From Antedon mediterranea (Eukaryota > Animalia > Echinodermata), in the NCBI RefSeq assembly GCF_964355755.1, contig NC_092679.1:5486201-5550200 (forward strand): a stretch of 64,000 bases of DNA, written 5' to 3'. Below are positions 38,256-52,043 of the stretch, one piece after another. The notes beneath the pieces were generated by a model. The model was not told where the DNA came from and searched no databases. It worked only from the letters and a program-made list of their open reading frames with translations. Each line of letters opens with the position of its first letter. The stretch's first letter is position 1. Made by a program: the position numbers and the translations under genes.

Positions 38256-40455
38256 ATGAAGTGTACATGTGTGTTGGTGCTTTTCATGATCAGTCACGTG
38301 ATTGCAGATTGGCACAACGATTTCGATACTGGCGTAAACTTTGAGTGTCCATCTGGTCAGGCTATATATAAGATTAAGTCATATCATGATAACAGCAGAG
38401 AAGATAGAGTGTTTGAATTCTTCTGCAAGTAAATTGCAACACTTTTACTCATCCTTGCTTTCAGAATCTGTGATACTTTGTTTTAAAATAGTTATATTTT
38501 ATAATAATTGTATTTGTTATGTATACCTAACTCTGCTAGATAGATTCAAATCAGTTATCTGCGGCCTACTAATTTTAAATTTTTTTTTACCATATTTAAA
38601 AAGGGTGATCCATCCAGCAATTGCTGATCATTAGGGACCCTCAGAGGTTCACAAGACAAACATATACAACACAAGATGCTCTACATAAACAAAGTCTTAT
38701 TACAAGTCTTTGGGAGTGGAGTTGTAATTTTGTCTTTAGAAAAAATCCTGACATGTGACGGGACTTGAACCCAGGAGCCTTGGAATGGTAGCCAAGCATC
38801 ATAACCACCAAGCCACGTGCAAAATGCAAGCCGTTGTTACAGCTCAGTAGATAGCCTTTGACAATGTGTTCTCTTATTTGAAGTTATCAAACTTTTTCAT
38901 TTAATCTTCTACAGAAATTTCCCGACATCGTTTAGTAAATGCACTTGGACTAATTATGTGAACGAATGGGATAAGCCTTTCAGTGCAACTTGTCCTTACA
39001 ACGGTGTTATTGTCGGAGCAAACAGCTACCATGACAACGGCAGAGAAGATAGACTGTAAGTGGTTAATGTCATTTAGTATTTAATTTAACAATCTTAATA
39101 ATCTTTCTAATAACATTTTGTCAGAAGGCACAAGTAAAGATTTTAATGTTATACATTTAAATAATATTTTCACACCTTGTGTTTATTGTAAGAATGTAGG
39201 CTTGTTGGTTGTTAGTGTAAAAATTCATCATTTTCATGACAAAAGGCCCATGTGAAAAATCATAGCCAATATAATAATAATTATTTGTTTGAGCACTGAA
39301 TATAGTTATTTAAAACTCTAGATTGTTAGACGTTCTGACAAGTTGATAATACGTTATGTCTCCTGAAATATGACGTACAACTGATGGTGGTAACGTATTA
39401 TGATACAATATAGGAGATTACTCTTTTTTTTACCAAAATGATACGATAAATAGGTCTACTACAAAACAATGTGCCAATACTACATTTATTTTTGTTAGAT
39501 GGAAATGGTACTGCTGTGAAAGTAATGCATATTATGCAGTCAACTGCTATGAAACGCCTCTTATTAACGATTGGGATGCCTATCACGAATATACTGCACC
39601 TAGTGGATATTTCATCCATGGTGTCGCTGGTTACCATGATAACAACAGAGAGTAAGTAATTGAAGTAGTTTTAATAAATATTAATATCCTGGATTTATAT
39701 AGCGCCTAATGTTGTGAAACCTCTAAGCGCTGTATATAAACTAATACGAAAAAAGGGAATTCCAACCATGCCAAAAAAAAAACCGAAGTAAAGGGGATAC
39801 GCCTTCGTCGCTAACCAGGGATCGGTCAAATTGAACCCCGGTCAGCACCAGTTGTGTCTCGGTCATCCCGGTGTTGCTTCAATAAGTCAAGTCAGATGTG
39901 GTTTTTTTTTTTTTGTGACAATAACGAAAACTACCACGAGTTTATTCCGACGTTATTTAGATTATTCTTAATTTAATTTTTTTTTATAGAAGCCTAATTT
40001 AATCAAGAATCGACAATATAATCGCTTTCCTGGTTTAACATTATACCCCTTTTTACAGTAAAATACGTTGATTCTTTTCTTCAAAAATGATGACAAAACA
40101 AAATTCATCATAATCACGAAACGTAACCGCATAATAAGCTTGGTTCCCACTGAGATGCAACGCAAGTACGTAAGCGCAACGCACGTAATTTTACCAATCA
40201 CAAGTGATAAATAATTTGAAATGTCGCTTATCATTGGTTAACTCGCTAGCGTTGGGCTTACGTTCTAGTGGGAACCAATCTTTATGAGCAACTGAGAAGC
40301 ACGACATAGCCGATAAATAATATGTTGGACTGTTGAAATATATACATTTGGTTACGGTTTTACGTTAGCTGCTCTATTAACAACTTGTTTGTTTTATTTT
40401 TGTTTTTAGGGACAGAAGATGGCAGTACAATGTCTGTCAAATAAAGACGTACTAA
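38256..40455 (+). CDS. Dermatopontin/HAAF-like secreted protein, 170 aa, intact and more divergent paralogue
   Basis: Coding exons 38256-38428, 38915-39055, 39499-39651, 40410-40455. MKCTCVLVLFMISHVIADWHNDFDTGVNFECPSG...SYHDNSREDRVF...WTNYVNEWDKPF...EDRLWKWYCC...EDRRWQYNVCQIKTY*. Confidence 0.92.
38745..38818 (-). mobile_element. tRNA-derived SINE head
   Basis: Minus strand GTGGCTTGGTGGTTA...GGGTTCAAGTCCCG shows A and B boxes; stems are degenerate. Confidence 0.5.
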
Positions 40456-41100
40456 ACTCTCCCAACGATAAATACAATTAATTACCGTCTATTGAATATA
40501 TTCAAGCTGATGCAGTGTGATTTAAGAGATAACTGCTTGAATTAAATATAGTTACGTTTAAATTACGTTTGATTTTCATCATGTATTAATATTAGTGTAC
40601 TTGGTTGCATTAGTAATTTCACGCGTGATATCGTTATATTATTATTATATAAAATAAATAAACATAATAGTTGTTTTAAATAAATCTATTTATTCTTGTG
40701 TGTGTAATCGTGACAGTACAATCAATAATAAATATATCAGAAGTGTTTTATTTAATGTTCAGTTGCATAACTGGATTGTTTTGTTTGTTAGATGTGAGAA
40801 GGCGTGGCATTGTATTGGGGCATTATTGAGGTGACTTTTGAAACTTGAACTTATTGGTTGTGGGATATGATATGAGACAAGATTGTTTGCATATGAACAT
40901 GTTTAAAACCACAATGAATCATTAACATGTTAATGTGTGTTAGACTAGTCCATATAGTCATATTTCCACTCTCATAAGATGATGTAGGCATTTCGTGTTA
41001 AACGCGAATAAACATGTTTTTTAGGGTAATTTTGTGGTGCTAAATTCAAATCTGCCGGCCCAATTTTTAGATCTTCACCCTAAAATTTCAAACTTATTTT

Positions 41101-41480
41101 GGCTTATAACTAAACTTTTAAGTTACATAGCAAGTTAAAAATGGTGTCTATACCTATGTTTGTGATACTGAGGATTCCAAATATACTGTTATTAAAGTTG
41201 AAAATATTCTATTTCAGCCGCCATGTTGAAATCCAAGATGGACGACATTTTAAATGTATTTTAAGGCTTATAACTTGACTTTTAATTGACATAGCAAGTT
41301 AAAAACGGTGTCTATACCTATTTTTGTGATACTGAGGATTCCAAATATACTGTTATTAAAGTTGAAAATATTCTATTTCAGCCGCCATGTTGAAATTCAA
41401 GATGGCCGCCATTTTAAAGGTATTGACTTGACTTTTAATTGACATAGCAAGTTAAAAATGGTGCATACCTATGTTTGTAC
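41101..41480. repeat. 164-bp tandem repeat, about 2.3 copies
   Basis: GGCTTATAAC...CATAGCAAGTTAAAAA...GCCGCCATGTTGAAAT.CAAGATGG at 41101 and 41265, with a partial third copy; probably internal to a DNA transposon. Confidence 0.8.
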
Positions 41481-42248
41481 AAATCAACATGACAGATATA
41501 ATGTTGAAAAACTCTTAATGGTGGATCCCGATAGATTTAGATGTGAACACTGTGCTAAGTTACTCACTTGACACAATTGGGTAGTGCATGCAAGTACCTT
41601 AAAAGTGTGTCTGAAGAGTCATATCAACACGTATAAAAAGTTTGGGTTAGGCAGAAAACTTAATTATAATCTTTCAGGAGGCTGATTGCGGAAAGGTTAT
41701 TGGAAATCTAAACTACTTATACATGTTTTATCACAGTCGCTAATATATTGAGAAACTGTTTAGACAAATCGGATTTCTCTGTATTGGACAGCTTCCCTAT
41801 TTTAGATACGATTATAGCGCCACCTATCGCTTTTGTCGTTATTCTGACAAAATACTTCCCCATACTGGACAGAAATTTCCTCATTTTGGACAAAATTCAT
41901 CAACCACTCTCAAAAGAAATGGGATCCAAATGTCCAATATAACATACGATTTTTATGTAAAACGATTTAAGCTACAACAAAAGACAGTGTGAAAACTAGA
42001 AAGCTATTCGGGGTAAATCGTAACCACATTCATTTTAATCATCAATACCATCTAACTCAATCATAATTTTAAATGTTTTAAAATTTAATTGAAATTTCTA
42101 AATTAATATTGTAACATAAAAATAATTGATTGAAAACGTCTAACTTAAACAGTTGCACAATTACGATATTATAACTATCAGGACAAATATACTTTATATT
42201 GTATCAGTTAAAAATCATAGATTTGTTGATTAAACAAAACGAGTATAT

Positions 42249-44018
42249 TCAGCAAACTTTGTGAATGAATGTTACCAAGTTCAAAGCACTGTCATCTGCC
42301 TCATGATAGTGTTTCTCAACCAGTTTCCATTTCCCGTCATTTTCCAGTTTTACCATGTCCCATTCTAACTTTCCCTCGGCGTAGCTTGCCTCAAGCTCCA
42401 ACCACTGTGTTCGCATGTTTATCAAAATGTATCCCCCTGATTTATTTAATACATAATAAAGATTAGTATTGTAATCAGTAGAAAATAATATAACTCATAA
42501 ATATTCATAAGTAAATATGACACAGTGAACTTCAACACAAAAAAATGTACTTTTCACAACAAGTTTGTACTGATTTAATCAGAAGCTATACTTAAGTCAG
42601 TCATGTATACCTGGTTTAGTAACTCGAATCAAATCTGGAAATACGTCTGATTTTAGTTGATTAGCAGCAAAGGCACAATAGCATCATACGTGTCTGAAAT
42701 ATTAAGGTAAGCAAAACAAATTTATTTTATTTCAAAAAAACTAAATTCAAAATGTTAATTTACTATCTTTTAAAGCTCAAGGAATCCTTCGGATTATTTC
42801 TGATTCTATTAGTAAACTGATATTTACCATTCTCAATATTTAGTTTGTTGTCACCTCCAAGCCATTGAACATATAGATTTGTGTAGACGTTCTTTTTACG
42901 AGCTTCCTCTATACTTAATGCACTGCCATCAACTGCATCAATGTTAGTGTAACCAGAATTAGCCAGCTGATAAAGAAAAAGTTAGAAGACACTTGGTTAA
43001 ACTAATCGCTTGCAATAGAGGTAAGATTTAAAGTTTAGTTTTTCTATTTGTGGAAAGTGGAAAACAATGAAAATCCGTCTTTCCTTCCTCGCATTCCAGT
43101 ACAACAAAGATATACTTACACACTCTCCCACAAGACCAGTTCCTGAATATCCATTATCCATGCTTCCTTAGAAGTAACATATTTCTGAAACAATGTTGAA
43201 GTGACAGAAGGACCAACATATCCACAGGTTACTACAATCTGTTCAGGTTAAGTTTACTTTAAATTTGAGTTTTTCGTAATCATCAATATTTTTAGTTTAT
43301 TTATTTATTTATTTTTTATTTATTTCGGTATATAAAACATTACAAAAAGCAGAACAAGTCTGAAATTATTGTAGCACATTATATAAAAAATTTACATTAC
43401 AGATAAAAAATACAAAACAATTTACAATATGCATAAGAAAAATAAATATGCTATGTTAATATTTTTCATAACAGATTACTCTTTATTTTGTTTGAATGTT
43501 TGCATGGCAAAATCAAATGTTGATATAAGTTTGCGATACACCACGTATGTTAGTTCTGAAAAGAACTGTTGGGTTTCTCTTCTCGACGTTTCGATCAATC
43601 AATCAATCAATCAATTTGATCGTCCTCACTCCGAAGCATATTGATTGAAACGTCGAGAAACTCAATAGTTCTTTTCAGAACTAACATACGTGGTGTACCG
43701 CAAACTTTTATCAACACAGATTACTCCTTCACATGACAAATAAAACATTGGTATTGAGACTCTGTGGGTGATAATGGTGTATTATAGCCAGATATATAAA
43801 CTTATAGAAACTCCAGTGTACTTTCTAACTTTTTATATACTGTCAATGAAAACAATTAGAAATAACATATTTAATATGGTTTTAGCTTATATCAAACAAC
43901 TCACTTTATCGTAGTTTGGCGCCAAATCGTCAAAAAATTGTTCTAGTTTTTCTTGTGTGTTTCTATCTTTTAGAGTTAATAGATGCGCCAGTATATGTTC
44001 TTTAGTCCAATCAGCCAT
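42249..44018 (-). pseudogene. METTL27: METTL27 (WBSCR27)-like SAM methyltransferase, frameshifted
   Basis: Exons 44018-43905 (MADW...FFDDLAPNYDK), 43238-43120 (WIMDI/GTGLVGE; 119 nt, frameshift in motif I), 42966-42828 (GYTNIDAVDGS...EARKKNVY), 42693-42611 (DTYDAIV/AF...DLIRVTKPG; 83 nt, frameshift), 42436-42249 (GYILINMR...GKWKLV...HKVC*). Confidence 0.8.
43518..43715. mobile_element. Long palindrome resembling a Penelope-like element pseudo-LTR remnant
   Basis: ~80-bp inverted arms TGTTGATA...CCACGTATGTTAGTTCTGAAAAGAACT...TCGACGTTTC / GAAACGTCGA...AGTTCTTTTCAGAACTAACATACGTGG...TATCAACA. Confidence 0.6.
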
Positions 44019-45650
44019 GGTACTAAAAATAGAAAATCCCCTTGGTGAAAACTGAGACCCAAAAACTCTGTGCTAATGAAATGTATTTGTTACTAATAGT
44101 TTGGTAGGTATCCGTCATGTCTGACAGTTCGTAACTCTCATGGTAGCATTCCACTGTTTACGATCAGCAGCTAGTTGGTAAACAACCAGCAGAGGATGTC
44201 CAACAAGGGCCTTAATTCTATCTGTCCATTAATGTTATAGTAATAAATACTTAGGAACCTTACTTGAATTCATGCTTTTAACGAATCTTAACAAATGGAA
44301 CATAAAATGTAGTACAATTACCAGTACGATGGATTTGAACGTATATAACTTCGTAGTGTTAATGGCACCGGCACCTTTAATTTGTTATAACTTACCTGCC
44401 TTATTTTAGCAGATTCTACTACTGACGAAGGATGAAAGATAGACCTAATTCAAACAATTTCCTAAACTTTGTGTAGGCCTATTTATTACGAACCACTTAT
44501 TAAAGTTGGTAGAGCGACTTTCGCTGGTAGAGTTGTGTACAATAACGTGGTAATTATAAATTATAAATTATAAATAAAGAAAAGGCAAAAAAAATGTGGT
44601 CAGATATGGACCGTAACAATTTAGCAAGGTATAAAATTAACGTTTATAAAATTGATATTTAGGTAAAGTAAAATATAACTTTTTTTTTGATTGCCTGAAA
44701 GAGATAAAAAGAGTTATAAAATAAAGAATTCTGTGGTAAATTATACGTACATTGTTAAGGATTGAAAAACGTGTAAAGAGTGTATAACATAGAGGACATT
44801 TTTGTTTTTTTTCTTTCCTTATACTATTATATATAAAATGCAATGGTAGGAGTGAGATATCAGATGTACTGAAAGTTACTTAATGTCAATTATATTGTAT
44901 TGTATCATTACATTACTCATGTGCTTAAACGAACATTTTATTGAAGAAGAAATAAAAGTGGGTCGATCCTACATAAGACAAAAAAAAATAACGTCATGGT
45001 AATTATTAGCTCATGATATAATAAATAAAAAACATTCAAGTACCTAATAATAGTAAGTTATTATGCTATTTATAGTAAAATATGTTACAGGAAATACAGC
45101 CAAAATAAATGAATTAAATATCGGTAAACTTAACGGTAACGGTATTTCTAAAAATGTTTATTTACTAAAAGTGGAGAACGCTGCATTAGAACATCTGTGC
45201 AATGGTAATCTATCTAAATGCTTAGGGGAAACATTCGCGTAACTTCTAGAATACCACTGTATTATTTATCTAATTATACATAAAAATACAATATAGGCCT
45301 AAATATATATTTTTTAAATCACACATTCATAACATTCAACAGCAGACAAAAGTAAAATTTTCAGCTGAATTGCACTTTATGATAACAAAAAAGGATTAAA
45401 ATAACAAAACTAGAAAGCCACTCAAAATGTGCATACCTCCGCCTACTGTAAAATTTTCCTACATAAGATTTCTCCGGTCAAAAAAAAACAATATATTATT
45501 TGTGTGTGTCTGAATGCTTCTTGTGATTTAGGCTGATTTCACTACAAGCATGTTATAACGCCGTATTACTATAAAATAATTTGTTTCTTTGGCGGAAATC
45601 AGCCACCGTAGCATTGGAAGTATAATATTATGAATAGTTTTACCTCTAGA

Positions 45651-45850
45651 GGCGGAAGAAGTGGCAACCGGCCGGGTGCCAAATGGCCGGTGGTGGCAAA
45701 TGGCTGGGTGAAAAATGGCCCGGGTTGGCAAATGGCCGAAGGTGGCAAAAGGCCGGATGGAAAAGACCGGATGGCTTATGGCCACGTGGCAAAAGGCCGG
45801 GTGTCAACAGACCGGGTGGCAAAAGTTTGGGTGGCAACGAGCGCGCCCAG
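45651..45850. repeat. Degenerate ~15-bp GC-rich tandem array
   Basis: About 12 variants of GTGGCAAA(A/T)GGCCGG. Confidence 0.75.
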
Positions 45851-47197
45851 GGTTTGTTGATACCGACGTTAAAAAAACTATTTTTCAAATTCACCTGTTT
45901 GTTTTTGGCGTTGCTGTTCTATTGTTAGTCCATTGAAGCTATTCTTAGTTAGAGGGCTTGTTACATAACCATTACAGCAAACTCGCATACACATGCTTGT
46001 AGTGAAATTAGCCTAATATCACACACAGCATTAAGCCTAGCTAATTAGTATTATGTTTGCTTTTAAACCACTTGTATGTACTTTTATTTTCTTACCAATC
46101 TGTAAAGAAATGTGCATCTGCTGCAAAAGAGAAGCAATAAATATTATTATTAGCATCAAGTTTTTTTGTAAATATTTACAGTATCTTAAGCTAATAATTA
46201 ACGCACACAACTTCCACCAGCTAAAATAAGCACGAATGTACTCGGGGTACAGCAAAGAAGCTGTAATGACGTCATAAGACGGTATGTGACGTCACATACA
46301 CGTCAATAACCTCGCTACCACGGCTATAATACGGTACCATCTTCAAGACGTCATATGGATGCATCCGGTTTAATTTAAAAATCCGGCTCTATAGCTTTGA
46401 GGAGGACATGTCCCTGTAGTATTCATGCCAAATCCCAGCTCAATACCACAAAGAATAAGGGAGGAGTAGTACTTTATAAATCGCACTTTTTACTCAATAG
46501 TGTCGGATGGAAAAGGAGAAGATGAGAGACGAGTAAAAAAAATCCGTACCGGTCGCGGACCAGCTTGAGATCAATCTCTCAAGCTGGCAGCAGAGCTAAC
46601 TGCCATGTATTATTATAGGTTTAAATGACTAGACTCTACCTGCAATGTTCACTTAGTCGCAATAGTGATTTTCTGGTTATATTCTCACGTAATGGCTACT
46701 CTCTTTAATAAAGTTTGATTCTTTAAATTGTGAAAACACAGTGATTGAATTTGTGTTAATGTTTTTTTGTTATGATAGTGATTTAATAGTGGCATAACTA
46801 GCGAGTGATTCTCACCAACTCTAATGTCGAATCAGAACAGTGTTGTTTCTTGACTCAACCTCGAAGAACAATATTAATAACACACTTTTGTATAATATAG
46901 TGCACGCTAAAGTATTGAATGGAATTTAAAATCGTAATTTACGTTTCTTCCGTTGTGAAACGGTATACGAACAAACACGATTACCTTCAAAATAAGTTAC
47001 ACAATATCGAACTGTAACAAAATCACTAAAAATGAACACCGACAATAATACGCATTTGGCGTTTCATTGTATATAAAGTTTCGGGCTCTGCGCCCCCTCT
47101 ATGGCCTAAAAAAATTCGCTTTTGTTTGGTATGTTTGTTGTGCACGACGATCAAACGTTTTTCATTTTCTTTTTTTGTTCAAGGATTTACTAATAAA

Positions 47198-50100
47198 ATG
47201 ACTTTCTTCGTAAACACATTTACTAAAGGATCTGTTTGCCTTGGACATGAATTATCTGTGCGGACAGTTGGTGATTTAAAAGTGAAATTTTGTAGCCAAT
47301 ATGTGAGTATTACATGAAAGTATTTAGCCTTGTTGCTAGGCCTATCTAGGCCTAGGCCAGGCCTAGATAGTAAATGAGCCGGGGTGCCCAAGGTGTCTGA
47401 TCATTTCGGCCGCCGGTTATGGAAGTGCCAAATTCATGAAACGCCAAAAAGGACAAATTATGTATTGTTAATTTCGGCCGCCAGAATTGTAATTATTCTT
47501 GAATATGTATGACACGCCATGTGTGTTAAAATGTTAATATTTTACTAAATAGTGTATTATTAAGCCGAATCGGTGGTCTTCAATTCCAGAAACAGCAAGC
47601 GATATTTATAGCGTGCACATCCATCACTACAGTGAATACTAATGATATTTTTTTAATAAGAAGGAGTTGATGCTGAAGTTTTTAGCCCATTGCACAACTG
47701 ATCTCTAGTTTAAATGACCATAATTCTCTGTGGCGTTCCATAGACTTGATAAAGTTATTTTTTTTCACTGTAATTCTGTACAGTTATTTCTGGCTATTTC
47801 AATTTGCCGCGCCATACCTGGCGGCCGAAATGATCATGCCATATTTTGTCCTTTTTGGAGTTTCATGAATTTGGTCGTTCCATGATTGGCGGCCGAAATG
47901 CACTGTGACCGTGCCCAACCGGTCATAACCTGGCGGTGTTAACTATTTGGCATAGAGGTACTTCTACTAGCTAGGCCTAGGCCCTAGCCTAGTAGTGGCT
48001 GCCTAGCCTTACATACAGTACTAGTGATGGGCTACCTAACTTTTTTAGTACTTTGTAATGAAGAAGGAAATTCAACGAAAAACATTTTACTCTCTGTGAA
48101 AAGTATCTTTTTCGTTATGCTAAAAAAAAAAATTGCATTTTCCTAACTAAAGTTAAATATTTGTCTAGGCCTACAGTATATGCCCTTGTGTGCCTTTTTT
48201 TCATATTTCTATTTATTAGTATATATTATTTTGTAACAGGGGGTTTGTACTTGTATAAGCTATTCTTCCGAGATTCCCCCTTCCTTTCCATTCTTTTTTT
48301 TTGTCTTTCAAATTTTCTCAATTTTAATTCAATTTCTTTTTATTTCGGAAATATAATCCATATTAATAAACGTATAAACAGAAAAAAAAATCGTAAACTC
48401 TAAACTTAAGTACAGTATATATATTTGTAGTTGTACTATGTCATAGTACAACTACAAAGAAGTAAAGAAAGAATAATCACTAAACTAATTATATTATATC
48501 ATGCATACAGTACCATATTAAGTTATCAAACATGGTCATTACGCATGATTTATAGATCGTTAGCCTGTGAAAGTATTTAAACAAAGAGGATATAATTTGC
48601 AATAAAACTGTCAATTATATCCACTGCAATTTGTATGTTTAAATACTTTTTATTCGTGAATATGTATTCTTCGACAACGGACTACAGGACTAGTGCATTA
48701 ACCATTGAGAGAAATAACTTGTTTCTCTATTATTTAACTATCAACACTTTCTAAGTATTTTGATCAGACCTTTTATTTCTTGATTTTCCTAGAATCTATC
48801 CACAAATGAGTTGAGAATAACGCACAATGGGAGGAATGCGAGTGATGAATGTTTGCTTGAAATAAATGGAACTTATTATGTAACACTAGCACTTCATGGT
48901 GGAAAAGGAGGTTTGTACAGTATATATCTGATAATTTGATTTACCAATTAAACATTTGCTCAATTTCGGTTTGTTAAATTATAATGTATACAGTAAGACC
49001 CATACTTTCTAAAAGTAGTCTCATGAAGAAAGGTTATCAACAATTATGTATAGTTCTAGGATTGTGAAGCAAACACCAAGCTATTCCGCTTCAATATCTG
49101 TATTTCCAATTGTCTTCTATCGCTATGGAATTATTTAATGCAGATCTTGAAATTAACACACATCTATAATATTGTGTATTACATTCAATAAAGTTTCTTT
49201 TTATTTTGCCAGGGTTTGGTTCCATGCTACGTATGCTGGGTGCTCAAATTGAGAAAACAACCAATCATGAAGCTTGCAGAGATTTGAGTGGAAGAAGAAT
49301 GCGTGACGTTAACAACGAAAAAAAGTAAGTACAATTAAAGACTACAATGGCTGCATTTTTAAAGAAGGTAGATGGAAATAATTTTTAAAAGTTGGGGTGT
49401 TTTTTTAGGCCAAAGAAAATGATGTTAATAACCCCTGTATCAGGGGTATATTACCACCTATCTGATAGGACAGTGATCAATTCACTATTGGTAATCCTTG
49501 GCCACATTGCCTAAAGACATAAATTAAACAAGAAATATTTCTTACAAAAAACGCTGCTCACTTATTGAAAAATATTTTTTATTTCAAATGTTTTTGAATG
49601 TGTCATTTTATTGTCAATAGTTATTTTACCTGCAAAAAATGTAATTTAAAGCAACAAATACTTAAATTGTCTGTCAGGCAATGGTTTTTGGGTTTCTTTT
49701 CTCTTTTTATATGTGAATAAATATTATTTTTTTGTTACAGAAGTGAATATTCAATTTCTGTCACTTTAGTTAATTTTATTGCTAAGGTCAAGTCTGGGGG
49801 TCACTTCATCACCCTAGATATTTCAAGTGTGAAGTACAGTATCCTATTACAAACACAAACTTTAATGGACTGTTTCGATAATAATTCAATGAATATCTGA
49901 CAGTGAATATATATATGTCCTAATAGACTCTTTTCTCAGACGTTTTTTGGGTCTACTGTAGAAGCTGGAATCAATAAATTATAGTGGAGTTTCCATTTTC
50001 GCAAAACTGTCGTCCTTAGAACTATAACTGCTGCTTGCTTTAGCTTCTGATTGAGTAGTCCTAATGGGACGTAGCGGGCTAGAGCAGCAGCGTGAAAAAT

Positions 50101-52043
50101 TTAAAAATAAGTAAAATGTACAATACACTGTTGTAGTACAATGTATTTTTTTTTTTACAACAGACTTGTTGATTGGCTCGATAAGAAGGCTGAATTGGAA
50201 AGGGAGCGAGATGAAAAACGAAAAGCAAAACTTGAGAAAATGCGGGCCAAACCAAGGCATGTGTTTACAGATCCAAATTATGATAAACAGAAAAAGAATG
50301 TGTTGGAGAATTTAGATGACGCAATTACTCAAGGTAGATATTTGGCGTCAGTTATTTGAAGATTCCCCCCCCCCCCCCCCCCCTGAAAAAATATTTTACT
50401 CAATTATTTTGTTGAATATACCGTTCTAATGTCACATTTAATAGTTACTCTCCAAAAATGGATCAGAAAAAAAATGATTTAACTTTATTAAAACTAAAAA
50501 ATGGCCTATTTAAAGTCTGATATTTATTATCTGATGTTATTATTGGATATTTCAGAATCTGAAACTAATTGTTTGCTGTGATTTTCTGTTTTCTATAGGC
50601 TTACAAGCTTCAACAACAAGTGAAAGTACCTCCACCTTATCAGTATCTACATCAAAGAGAAAAATGACTGAATATGAAGAAGATCAGAACAAGAAGTCAT
50701 GCTTGTGGTATGTCAGGGCTTGCATAATCTTGAATACTGTAATAATAGTTCATTCTTATATAGTGCATATAAGCAAGCTCTAAATGCGCTGCACTTTATT
50801 ACCTCAGTCATTTTTTTGGATCAAACACGTATGGAAACATACTTCCATAATAATGCAGCTAGTAATCAGTGCAATGTTGTGTCGTGATCTAACCAGGTAC
50901 CCATTTTATACACCTAGGTGGAAAGAGTAAAGTGTCTTGCCTAAGGATACAAGCAATGCGACGAGATTTGGATTCGAACCACGATCTCACAATCAGTAAT
51001 CGTCCAACACACTGTACCACACACCCTCACAAATGTTTCTCCCTTTTACTTCAGCCATCAATTTATCACTATTAGATTCTAGCTTGGAAAAATTAAATCA
51101 ATATTAACTGGTTTAGACATTTTTATTTTATTTTTTTTTTCGATACTAAAAGCGCTATAAGTGTATTGATAGTAATTGATATATAGCAGGGGATATCACC
51201 AGGTTTTGGAGTGCAGCACATTATGAACATTATTGTACAGTTAAGATCACATCAAACCGATTATACTTTTACCATTATTTCTAGGATGGGAGTAGGTATG
51301 GACGACAGCGATAGTGATGACGAACATGAAGTAGAGGCACAAAAGGAGAAAGTTGTAGAAGAGAAAACAGAAATTCCACAATCTAAAGACTATGAGAATG
51401 AATTGAAACATTCAACAATACATGATGAAGACACAACACCCTCAGAAAACAATAGCATGTCGCCCTCTAAGAGTGTTCCTCCTGTGGACATAATTATTAC
51501 AAATAAAACAGATGATAACTTAGTAAGTTTCTGACATAAATGTAATAGTTAATTAACTTATGCATGATGTTATGTAATAATTATTTAATAGCATAAAACA
51601 AACTCTGAAAGAAGGCAAGCCATTATGATTCAATATTTCAAACATTTGTTTATCAAATTGAAATATTAAATCATAATTGATTTCATTCACATTTTATAGT
51701 TTTATATATCAAATATCAAACTTAAAAGTGGTTCGTCTAGTTTATCTGTACTTTGTATTTCCTAAATATTTACTAATACCATATTCATTTTAATTATTGT
51801 CTTTAGGAAAATGAAGAACTTGATATTGAACAATTTTCCTCGGCCAGCGAACTTGAATCTGTTGGACTAGAACGACTTAAGAAGGTATTGATGGCGCGAG
51901 GGTTGAAATGTGGTGGTACACTACAAGAGAGGGCTAGTCGTTTGTTTTCTGTAAGAGGTCTTGCTCAAGATGAAATTGATCCAAGTCTGTTAGCTAAGCA
52001 ATCAAAGGGAAAGAAGGGCAAAAAATCAACAACAAAAAAATAA
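47198..52043 (+). CDS. SDE2: SDE2 (replication stress response regulator / splicing factor), about 362 aa
   Basis: Exons 47198-47302 (least certain), 48793-48910, 49213-49324, 50164-50333, 50599-50707, 51285-51522, 51807-52043, all phase-compatible GT-AG. Ubiquitin-like N-terminus ending LHGG|KGGFGSMLR...[21 protein letters not shown]; C-terminal SAP-like [30 protein letters not shown]. Confidence 0.95.
47392..47910. mobile_element. MITE with 8-bp TSD and GG...CC ends (Merlin- or MULE-like) in SDE2 intron 1
   Basis: TSD GTGCCCAA (47384-47391, 47911-47918). Imperfect ~70-bp TIRs containing CATTTCGGCCGCC...CCAAATTCATGAAAC..CAAAAAGGACAAA. Confidence 0.75.

Noticed and set aside
45528-45936. Cluster of overlapping ORFs
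   Set aside because: Caused by the GC-rich 15-bp array.
47089-47106. CTCF-like motif (also ~18332)
   Set aside because: Spacing is one base off the consensus in both; not supportable by eye.
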